A DNA stretch of 32,789 nucleotides from Porpidia crustulata (taxonomy: Eukaryota): contig CAXUWE010000012.1 of the NCBI GenBank assembly GCA_964255105.1, positions 1-32,789 on the forward strand, read 5' to 3'. The position numbers were made by a program, and so were the translations under genes. Shown in pieces: positions 23,116 through 32,789 of the stretch. Within the stretch, counting starts at the first letter, position 1. Each line of letters opens with the position of its first letter. The notes under the pieces were generated by a model, which saw nothing but the letters and a program-made list of their open reading frames with translations, made no database searches and was not told where the DNA came from.

Positions 23116-24370
23116 ATGCAACAAGAACCTTCTCTGGCCGATACGACTACTATGACTGCAAAGCTATCTTCTACATTCACACCACCAGATTACACCATAA
23201 AACAGGTCCATAACGCTATTCCACCTCATTGCTTTCATCCTCACACCCTCCGCTCTTTGAGCTATGTGCTGCGAGACTTTGCCTTTGTCATTGTCCTGGC
23301 GTTTGTTGCAGCAAGACAAGTCCCGTGCATCCAGGACCCTGTCCTCCGAGTGCTCGCATGGACAACATACAGCTTCTGCCAAGGCCTGGTCTTCACCGGC
23401 CTCTGGGAATTAGCTCATGAGTGCGGTCACGGGGCATTGAGCAAGTATAAATGGGCTAACGATGCTATGGGCATGGTCATACATTCTTTCCTGCTGGTGC
23501 CCTACCACTCATGGCGCTTCACTCATTCCCAGCATCACAAAGCGACCAACAACCTAGAGCGGGATATTGCGTTTGTCCCAATGGTAAAGGAGGATTACAT
23601 TGCTGCACAGACCCCCCGCGGAAGCTACCCCAGAGTCTGGGAATTGATGGAGGATACCCCCATCGTCGCTTTGGTGACCCTGTTCTTCCACCAGCTGATC
23701 GCCTTTCCCATCTATCTAATCATTAATAATTTCGCCCTACCGAGAATGCAAGCCACACCATGGTACAAGCGGAGCCACTTCTACTTTGGAGGAGACGGAC
23801 CCAACTTCAAACCTGCAAACAGAAACGACATCCTAATCTCAGACTTGGGCATCGCAGCCGCGCTGGTCGCGCTCTGGGCCAGCGTCAACCAGTTCGGTGC
23901 CTGGAACGTAGTCCTGTTCTACATATTCCCCTATCTCTGGACGAATCATTGGATCCGTGAGCTCAATGACATGTCCCCAATCCCCGGGGTTTGCTAATAA
24001 ATTCGAAGTGACCATCACATTCCTCCAACACACCGACGCGTCATTACCTTACTATCCCTCTACGACGTGGTCCTTCCTCAGGGGAGCGGCATCAACCGTT
24101 GACCGGGACTTTGGCTTCATCGGCAGCCAGATTTTCCACGGCGCGATCGAAACACATGTTCTACATCACCATGCCTCGCGCATTCCCTTCTACCACGCTG
24201 CCGAGGCCTCAAAAGCCATGAGAAGGGTCATGGGAAGCCACTATCAGAGCGATTTCCAGACCCCGTATTTATGGGCGTTCTGGAAAAACTACCGCCAGTG
24301 TCGATTTGTGGAGGAGAAGGATGAAGGGAGCGAGATTTTCTTCTTCCCAAAGCCCGCAAAGACATGTTAG
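23116..24370 (+). CDS. Divergent FAD2/omega-6-family membrane fatty-acid desaturase-like enzyme, ~400 aa; exons 23116-23956, 24009-24370
   Basis: N-terminal PDYTIKQVHNAIPPHCF and three His boxes (HECGH, HSQHH, HVLHH), plus ITFLQHTD, TVDRDFGFIG and IPFYHA. A 52-nt intron lies at 23957-24008 (GTGAGC..GCTAAT..AAG). Confidence 0.92.
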
Positions 24371-24703
24371 CTTAAATAGAGACGATATACTTTAGACGAA
24401 GCCATCATGAAGCTTGCAATAAGGCACCTAGCACATGCGCTAATCGAAACTCTGGGAGTCGCGTAAACATAGGTTGAGGTTGTTCGAATACAATGATACC
24501 TTAATCGCAACTCATCGTTTGCGGCAGCTTCGTTTTCACCTCGTGTGCTTCGACCTTGCCGGGTACAAGCAAGGAATTATTTGATCAAAGCAAGACTAAC
24601 TTGCTCGATTGATGATTGATGCCAGCTGCGCCCTCTATTCTAGTTATCGTAACGCTTTTCTCCACGATATTGGATGTCATTGTTACCCAGGCATACCACA
24701 ACC

Positions 24704-26241
24704 CTATAGCGGCTTCTCACACCCAATCCTCGCCAGAAGCTCCTTCCTATTCTCCGCATCCATGAGCCTCCTCCTCGCAGTTGTCGGCTTCGGCTTCGGC
24801 TCCGACAGTGTCGAGAATTCCCTGCTCATGTCATATTCACTGCCGCCACCCACACAAATATTTAAATCCGTCACGCTTGTTGGTGTCCTCCCAGTACCCG
24901 CCTCGCCATCGTCCACCTCCGCCTCATCGTCGCTCCTGGTATCTTCCGGCCTCCCGCCCATCAGCATCATCGTAATGACTTTTAATATCGTGCCGAACCA
25001 AATCATGCTCAGTAGCTGCAGAAATCCCAACATGCCTAGGAAGATCCACTTGACTTCAACGTTCAAACACATCGGACCCTCGGAATCTTGAAACGGCCAA
25101 ACGAGATGGGAGAAGTAGTCAGGGTGTGCGGGAATATCGGGGAGTAGCTCATATGTGTCACCAGCAAAACACCCATAGAGCATGGTATTCGGCCCTGGGA
25201 CATCCACATAAATATCATAGCAGAGCTGCAGATACATGAGATGGCGAGCGATGAACCACGTTATGACGAAAAGACCAAATGCAGCGTTGCATGCGACTTC
25301 TTGACGGAGATATCGTAGGATTTTCGCAATCTGCAAGTACGAAGTGGCCCGATTAGCAAGCAACCGTGTCCGAGCAAGCGATGCTGTGGACTTACCGGCA
25401 GCATGAGATCGACCACATCCATGAGGCATAAGACAACATTCGCAGCACGAGTATATCGGTACACATAAGTAACCGACACCAGGGCACAGGTGACGATATG
25501 ATGTGTGAGCATCTGAGCATGATCTTTCCGCCGTGCTTCAATGTGGATGACAAGGATTTGTTGAACCCAGAATGCTAATTGGACGAGGTAGTACCATTTA
25601 AATGTACCTGACATGTCTCTTGCGGGCCAATTGGTCCATATGGCCTGGTTATTGAGCCAATAGGGCGAATTGACCCAAAGATACTGTGGTTTTGGTATGT
25701 AAGTAATATTTCCTGGATACGTCGCTAGGGACGCGAAGCAAGGGGGACATACCATACCCAAAGTCCAGAATATACCATAGTAGCAGACGAGCCATCCTTG
25801 CTCAGCAAAGCGCAAATGGCTCTTTTTGGTGACCCCCAAGTGCTTGGCCGCTGGTCGCAATATCCAATCAATTGAGATTGCTCTCAAAGCTGTAAAGTTG
25901 ACGACCCATGCTATCACAAAATACACGTCATCGAAGCCCTGCTGGTATGTTTGATCCGTTTGGGACGCGTGTGAGAGCTGCAGGAATTTACTTGTGTAAA
26001 CTCGGGAGGGGGGATGAAGGGTGTGCAGGGAGACTACACCCAAGATCAAAGTGGAAGCCATTTCTGCGGAAAAAGACTAAGTACACATTTCTATTGAAAA
26101 CTGGAAGAGTAACACACCAATTTGATGTTGCAGAATCCAATCCGACAATTGAGGTCTTGAAAGCTTGGGGCTGTTGACGCGATGGCTGTGCGCCTTTGCC
26201 CTGATCCGAGATTCATCCACAACATTTTCGTGGAGAACCAT
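24704..26241 (-). CDS. Ceramide synthase (sphingosine N-acyltransferase; TLC/Lag1 family, BarA-like), ~449 aa; exons 26241-26118, 26063-25753, 25683-25396, 25330-24704
   Basis: RFAEQGW, KWYYLVQLAFW, the Lag1 motif EARRKDHAQMLTHH...MDVVD..L..AKILRYL, WFIARH, EDTRSDDE and C-terminal RKELLARIGCEKP. Three GT..AG introns give 1350 nt in frame. Confidence 0.92.
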
Positions 26242-26904
26242 TGATTTTAAAATGCAGTGCGACGCAAAGAAACGATGTGAATGGCTCTCAAAACGATGAG
26301 TAAGTAGATAACAATTGTGTGGCACAATTGAGGAAGCGAAATGCAAGAAAACCAGAGGATCAAGCGAAAGGGACGGGTAGAAACGGTACGGAAAGGCGAC
26401 GAAAATACTTCTGGGCAGAAGCCACGACCCTTATGCCACGGAATCCACTTACCTAAGCAGCCATAAGTGCCCTTCCGACTAGTGCTAATTATTAGTTAAC
26501 GGCAGGCTGGCAGGCACGCAGGGTGGCTCTTGACAAAAATCACATTATTTTATTATACATGAACTCGTAAACCCTAACCTTACAGTACTATACCCTCGAC
26601 CGATCGTTATCTGATCCTATCTTCTGTCGCCGACCGTGCTGCAATTGAAGCCGCAACGAGTACTGATGCGGGTGTAATGGTTTGATGTTTGTGAACAGCG
26701 AGCAGTGTAAGCTCTGCCCCGCGGCTGACTATGCGTAGTGACGTTTTGCCTTTTGGTCTAGACCTATAATCATAAGGCTGCCAACTTTTACCACCATTAT
26801 CGAGGGCCGCATATTCTTTCTCGCTCTCCGAAATAACACACAGACATTGCACCGTAGGTCGAGAGACCGTGTTCTACTCTGGAGAAGGTCTCAGTCGGTC
26901 GGTC

Positions 26905-29245
26905 ATGGCTCCCCAAGATGACCCGCATTCGAATCTGGACGTGGACTATGTGATTAGCTACCGGTTTGCAGATACTGGTATGTATAGGTACGCGTTATAA
27001 TTTCGGAGTAGTGCTGACACCACGCATTAATGTAGACAAAGCAGAAGCGCAAAATACGTTTGAACGACTCTTAAAGGCATTGGCACATGTAGGGTTGGCT
27101 ATCGAGATCAGGAATGGCGACAATTGCTCTCTCCTGATATTCGTCAAGGTTGCTTCGGATAGGCAATTGAATCGGGCGGTCTACCGATCAAGGTAAAATC
27201 TAGGGTGGCTATCACTTTATCAATTGATATTGATACGAGACTGCAGAGTCAAGGACTGGCTGTACGGCGTCCGAGCAGCCCAGCCAGACAAGGAGACTCA
27301 GAACTCCCTGACAAGTCAGCCATTGAGTGATGCTGAGCGGTATCGCATAGTCTACCATATGATCACAAACCATGTAGAAGACGGCGGCGCCGGTATTACC
27401 CAGAAGCAAGGGCAGTGGAAGAATGTCGAGTCGATTTTTGCACTCCATGATCAGAAGTTCAACAAAGAATGGATTAGAAAGTGGAGCACTGTGACTTTTT
27501 TAAAAGCCGAAGATCTAGACGAAATAAGAAATCACTTAGGAGAAAAGGTTTGGCCTAATATTGAATTCCCTCTGCATACTTGCTAACGGGTATTGGAGGT
27601 CGCCTTTTACTTTGCTTTCACCCAATCGTACTTTGCTTTCTTGATGTTCCCAGCTGGTTTCGGATTTGCTGCATGGGTTCTGCTGGGCCACTTCTCCCCA
27701 GTCTACGCTGTTGTAAATAGTCTTTGGTGCATAACTTTCATCGAGTACTGGAAACGACAGGAGCTAGACCTTGGAGTGCGGTGGGGAGTAAGGGGTGTTT
27801 CCGCTATCCAGGAGAAACGAAGAGAATTCAAGCACGAAAAAGAGGTCAAAGACCCCATAACTGGTGAAACTGTGCAAATATTTCCCGCAACAAAGAGATT
27901 GAGTCGGCAACTGCTATCCGTACCGTTTGCCCTATTGGCAAGCTTGGCATTAGGGACGTTGATCGCTACTTGCTTCGGAATCGAAATATTCTTATCTGAG
28001 GTATACAACGGTCCTTTCAACAACATCTTGGTATACCTACCTACAGGATTACTGACTACGCTCGTCCCTACTTTATCGACGCTGCTAACCACTTTTGCCA
28101 CGCGTCTTAACGATTACGAGAACTGGGAGACGGAAGAAAGCTACGAGTCTGCCATGACTCAGAAAATTTTCGTTCTAAACTTCATAACCTCCTACCTCGG
28201 TATCTTTCTGACGGCGTTTGTCTATGTTCCGTTCGGTGGCCTCATCGTACCTTACCTTGATATCTTCAGCCTTACCGCACGCCCGTTTGCTGAGAATGAA
28301 AAACAACTCACAGCACCCAAAACGCCTTTTGCGATCAATCCGTCTCGTCTCCGGCAACAAGTCATTTACTTCACCTTGACAGCCCAAATCGTGAACTTCG
28401 CCATGGAAACCATTGTTCCATACATCAAGCGCAGGGGTTTCCACAAATATCGAGAAGTCAAATCCCAACGTGCGGCACAAAAGGGAGGTGCAGGCCCCGG
28501 AGCCGCTATTAACGATCTGCCTCAAGAAGCAGATTTTCTGCGCCGTGTCCGCCAAGAAGCCGAGTTGGACGTCTACGATGTCGCAGTCGATTTGAGAGAG
28601 ATGATTGTGCAGTACGGCTACCTATCGCTCTTCTCCGTCGTCTGGCCATTGACCCCCGTCTCCTTCTTTGTTAACAATTGGATCGAACTCCGCTCCGACG
28701 CCGTCAAGATCTGCATCGGTATGCAACGCCCGACACCCATCCGCGCCGACAGCATCGGGCCGTGGCTCGACAGTCTGGGCTTCCTCACATGGCTCGGCAG
28801 CATCACCACCGCGGCGCTTGTTTACCTATTCAGCAACGACGGCATGGGCCCTGACGGCACGCCCGCCACGATCAAAGGCTGGGCATTGCTGCTGACCATT
28901 TTCTTCTCGGAGCACATCTACCTCCTCGTCGGCCAAGCCATCCGCACCGCGATTTCCAAGATGGATTCCCCCGGCATGCAAAAGGAGCGCGCGGAGCGGT
29001 TCATGGTGCGTAAGAGGTACCTGCAGGAAACCCTAGGGGAGGATGTGATGAATTTGCCGCCGAATAACGCCGAGGAAAACATCACGAGGGCGTCGCTGGA
29101 GGAAGAGGCACGGCAGTCTACTCTGAGGTCTGCCGGACCCACAGATGGATTTTGGTTGCGGCAGAGAAAATGGGAGGAGTCGTTTCGCGTCGGGGCCGGT
29201 CTGATTGAGAAGATGGCGCCAGGGGAGACCAAGAAAGCGCAGTGA
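26905..29245 (+). CDS. IST2: Anoctamin/TMEM16-family Ca2+-activated lipid scramblase/channel (Ist2-like; afTMEM16/nhTMEM16 homolog), ~725 aa; exons 26905-26977, 27036-27192, 27247-27547, 27599-29245
   Basis: VDYVISYRF, DWLYGVR, IFALHD, GEKVAFYFAF, EYWKRQE, NFAMETIVPY, DLREMIVQYGYL, NNWIELRSDAVK and RADSIGPWLD. Exon sum is 2178 nt. Confidence 0.93.
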
Positions 29246-29948
29246 ACGGGAATTCTGTAAAGAAGCACGAGATTACACTCATGGACAAAGTCAAATTGGC
29301 TTGTTGAAGGAGCACGGTGGATTTGTTCAAAGTATGGATAATGAACACAAGGGGCGGCGAGCTTTTGGGAACGATTACTGCCAAGCAGCAGAGCTGGAGA
29401 CGAGGTAGATGTAGGTCCCTTCGTACATATTCGCCGTAGTGACGCACGGGGAGTTTCACGATTTCAAGGCTGCCTAACTTCAAGCCTTGTACAAAGGACA
29501 ACTGTAGCATACGACCCCTACAGAAGGGCTGGGCCAATTGCAGATTCTGAACCTCCACCCCTGCTTGATTGATGCTCGTGGAACGAGACATATCGTACCT
29601 GCTTTTTTTCGCTTGAAACGGACGAAATCGGTCCCGGCGACGCGGTTAGGAGAGTAAAGCTCAAGTAGTCTCATGTCCGACGTTTTTGCGGATGATCTTC
29701 CAGCAAAACCTGCGTTTGACGTTCCTGTGTAGCCGGATTAAGCCGGATCGCCTGGTCTTCTAGGCCGCCTTCCAACTCTGTGGGTCACTGGATGCACTGG
29801 GCAATTCCGCTGGGTAAGCAGCGAGATATTGCAACGGCGCTGTGCTCCCAGGTCGGTACGGCTCTGCCGCACCAGATATGATCAAGAGATCAAGTACATG
29901 CATTCAGCACAGATCTTCCACCCTGTCTGCCTACCCGTTTCAATCCCC

Positions 29949-30908
29949 TCACTCATCCATCTGCCACGCATAATCCAGCTCCTTCAACCTTCCGACCCGG
30001 TTTCTGGCCTTGAACCATTCCTTCTCGAACCCGTTCCCCCGATCCACGCCGTCCCACCGATGCCCCGGCCTGATCCCGTACCGGTTCGGCATCGCTGGTC
30101 CTTGGTAGAGCGGTTTTCCGCTGACGCTCTTGCCGTCTTTCTTTTTGCTCAAAAATTGCGCCGCGGGATCGTTCCATCTGTCCTTGTCCTTTAATTCGTC
30201 GTTGAGCTCGGTGTCGTCGGCGTAGCGGGAAACGGGCATGAATTTTGCGTCTTTGAGTTGCGATTTGCGTTCTTGGGCCTGGGCGCGCTGAACATCGCCC
30301 TTCTGAGCTTCTAACTCCTCGGCGGCTTTCAAGGCTTCCTCCTCTGCCTTCTTACGGGCCTCGGCACGCTTCATTGCAACGTTGATGATCCTCCCGCTTG
30401 CATCCCGATATATGGTCTCTTGGCTCTTTCCGCTCTTTTCGTCTCCATCCTCTAGGAACCGCTGCCGCTCTAATGCGTCCTTGCGCTTGAGCTGCGCCGT
30501 CACCTGCGCTGCGGTTTGCAAGCCTGCATGAGCACCTGATTCCAATTTTGCAGCGGAGTCGTCGATAACGGGAGCGTCCTCGTCCGCGAGAGTGCGGGCC
30601 TGGCTTTCAGCTGCGGCGCTGGCGATGATGGCGTCTGCGGCAGCTTGGTCGGTAGAAGAGAGAGCGGGTATTCCGATGGTCTGCCAGTTGTTCCGGCGGG
30701 CCTTTCTGAATTCAGCACTGTTGCCATTGACCTCAAGAGGGCCGTCTTCATTGTCGCCAGTGGTGTTGTTGGAGTTCCAGCCTAGGGCGTCATCGTCGGC
30801 GATGATGAGACCGCTTTCGCCATTTTTTCTCTTACGTTTTTTTGACTTCTTTTCTGCTTTCGAATCTGCTGTGAGGTAGTTCTTTGCTAGATAATCAGCG
30901 AGAGACAT
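29949..30908 (-). CDS. BUD13: Pre-mRNA splicing factor Bud13/Cwc26 (RES complex), ~319 aa, intronless
   Basis: N-terminus MSLADYLAKNYL; ETIYRDASGR, RWNDPAAQFL and PNRYGIRPGHRWDGVDRGNGFEKEWF in the Bud13 domain. Confidence 0.95.
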   Translation of the reverse strand: MSLADYLAKNYLTADSKAEKKSKKRKRKNGESGLIIADDDALGWNSNNTTGDNEDGPLEVNGNSAEFRKARRNNWQTIGIPALSSTDQAAADAIIASAAAESQARTLADEDAPVIDDSAAKLESGAHAGLQTAAQVTAQLKRKDALERQRFLEDGDEKSGKSQETIYRDASGRIINVAMKRAEARKKAEEEALKAAEELEAQKGDVQRAQAQERKSQLKDAKFMPVSRYADDTELNDELKDKDRWNDPAAQFLSKKKDGKSVSGKPLYQGPAMPNRYGIRPGHRWDGVDRGNGFEKEWFKARNRVGRLKELDYAWQMDE

Positions 30909-31095
30909 ATTTATCAAGGATTATGATGGTAATGGAGGTTTCTCTTGAAGTTTGGCCGAGACCTCATAAGGCTGCTCGGATTTAAGCACTGCGCTAAGAT
31001 AGTCGCAGTGTGGCGTCGACTCAACTAAAGCACAGCTGAATCGCTCGGATTGTTCACTGATGCCCTCAAATATGTGATTTGATACTCTACGGATT
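30909..31095. promoter_or_regulatory. Very compact divergent (bidirectional) promoter between BUD13 and ATL1
   Basis: Only 187 bp separate the two head-to-head start codons. Confidence 0.6.
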
Positions 31096-31727
31096 ATGGC
31101 CAGATCAGATGAGGCTGAGTGGTGGTTTAATGCTGTATATAATGCAGTGCAAGAGATACCTTACGGCAGAGTCACGAGTTATGGGCATATTGCTCGTCTT
31201 TTGGGCAGACGTGAGTGCTTACCATACGACTGGCTCTGGCTTTCTTTGATCGTTCTTCAAGGTTAAAGACCGAAGGGTAAGACTGTGCTGATCTTTGACG
31301 TCACTGCAGCAAAATGTCCTCGGTTAGTGATCTCAATAAAGCTGTATAGTTGAGGTCAATGTCAAGGCTCATCCGGATTTCAGCCAGGTTGGAATCTGCT
31401 TGAAACACCTGCCAGCAGCTAGCACAGGTCAGCACTTTCACTGCGATAATGTTCCGTGGCAACGAGTCATTAATTCGAAAGGAGTCATATCGGTCAGGTA
31501 TGCCATTCCACTCTCTTGTAGCATTCAGAACCGGACCTAAATTCAATATTAGAGGGCCGGACGGAGCTGCGAGACAAGCCGCCGTACTGCGGACAGAAGG
31601 TCTCACGATCACGACGGGACATCTGGGGGAGCTGAGCGTTGACTTTGGAACCGTTGGGTGGTTTCCAATTAGCTTACCCAGCGAAGCGGCCGAGGCCAGT
31701 AGTTTAGAGGATGAGACTGAAGCTTGA
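31096..31727 (+). CDS. ATL1: Alkyltransferase-like protein (MGMT family, Trp replacing the catalytic Cys), ~138 aa; exons 31096-31210, 31310-31322, 31384-31497, 31553-31727
   Basis: Spliced translation MARSDEAEWWFNAVYNAVQEIPYGRVTSYGHIARLLGRPKCPRQVGICLKHL...NVPWQRVINSKGVISVRGPDGAARQAAVLRTEG. It carries PWQRV in place of PCHRV. Exon sum is 417 nt. Confidence 0.92.
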
Positions 31728-32789
31728 ATCACCAGCTCCCTTGTCAGATTAGCGAGTTCCTCTGTCGGGATGGTCATCCAGGTGCCAGATTATCAAATGT
31801 GCACCCACGACGAGCTGATCGTCATGGTCGAGTAACATGAAGACATTGCAAATTATGTCGCCGTGATGCTTTGTTTGAGATTCTTTCGAGAGAGGGATTT
31901 ATGGATTCACGCGCTAATGTAAGGCACAATGGCGTTTGCGTTTATGCTGTGCATGGATTCCGGTCTCATCCGACTTGTGCAAGCGTGCACAACCCTATCC
32001 CCAAAGCTACTCGATTACTCTGAGTGTCACGGCAGCTGTACGGTATCATGGAAATGTCGTGTATCACATCTGCCTAGCACCCAAGGTATTCTTTCGTGTG
32101 AACTATGTTACTGGTGCCACGCAAGTGCCCACTTACTCTACTTGATATCCGTCGTACGAATCGTACAACTTACAAGTACCATCTGAGCTCATGTGGCTGT
32201 GTGATCGCGCCTTATCGCGCCCCCTCTCTCCTCCTTCAGTCACACCCGCCCATGTACTACTATGTAGGTATGATCATCCCGCAAGCTATCATTAGATTAG
32301 AGCTTCCTTCCCACCCCCCAGTCCAGCTTGGTTGAATGACTCCCTTGCCCTCTACCTACTACTATCACTGATTTCACCTATCGCTACTTATCTAGGCCTC
32401 TCATATGGCCAACTGCTAGGCTTCGAAGCTTCTACTACGTTCTTCTCCCCGTCATCCGCTCTTACTCATATTATTGCTCTTCCTCCTTTGATTCACTCTT
32501 AACTTCCTTTGTCGTGGATGACTCACCCTGTCTCACGAATAAAGAGTCACTGCTTGTTTCTTGTTCAGTACTTAACTTCGCCGCCTTGTATCACTCTACC
32601 ACGTGCCAAACCCGTCTCACGTTACTACATCCGGTGCTCTATCTCAGTCAACATCATCACGTACTGCTCTACTGCATTTACTTCCCCTCTCTTCTTTGCT
32701 GCTCTTCCTTATTCACTATCACTTTGCTTAGGCACTCCGGGAGCAGCCATTCCTAGTCTTTGCAGCGACGCTCACCTCTAGGCCAGCAT

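Noticed and set aside
26568..26580. AAACCCTAACC paired with the TTAGGG at ~22500 as inverted ends of a mobile island carrying the desaturase and ceramide synthase
   Set aside because: The match is only ~9-10 bp, no flanking duplication is visible, and similar CCCTAA-like words occur in other promoters here.
29246..29948. Possible ncRNA or small gene between convergent IST2 and BUD13
   Set aside because: I found no recognisable snRNA, snoRNA, RNase P/MRP or tRNA motifs and only short unrelated ORFs. An Infernal/Rfam scan would be needed to exclude one.
31929..32789. Short ORFs at the right end of the window
   Set aside because: Low-complexity C/T-rich sequence typical of a promoter/5' UTR for a gene beyond the window, with no recognisable product.

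Overview
Eukaryotic, intron-rich, gene-dense window from a filamentous ascomycete (Pezizomycotina). Evidence: mostly 48-120 nt GT..AG introns with CTRAC/CTAAY branch sites. About 15 protein-coding genes can be reconstructed by hand. In order: IES6, GOT1, profilin, an uncharacterised S/R/P-rich protein, the SLH1/ASCC3 helicase, YKT6, an uncharacterised protein with a Cys/His-rich C-terminus, a Rab24-like GTPase, a flavocytochrome b2 ending in a PTS1-like AKL, a metallophosphoesterase, a divergent FAD2-family desaturase, a Lag1-family (BarA-like) ceramide synthase, a TMEM16/IST2 scramblase, BUD13 and an alkyltransferase-like ATL1. The most striking non-genic structure is a 244-bp non-autonomous DNA transposon in the SLH1/YKT6 divergent promoter. 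It has CAC...GTG ends, ~78-bp inverted repeats and a perfect 5-bp target duplication, an end signature matching the Transib/RAG-like superfamily. Also notable are a possible desaturase plus ceramide-synthase lipid module and a small hairpin element enclosing telomere-like TTAGGG sequence. No tRNA, rRNA or CRISPR features were seen. All gene models and family calls come from manual reading and motif recognition, not database searches.
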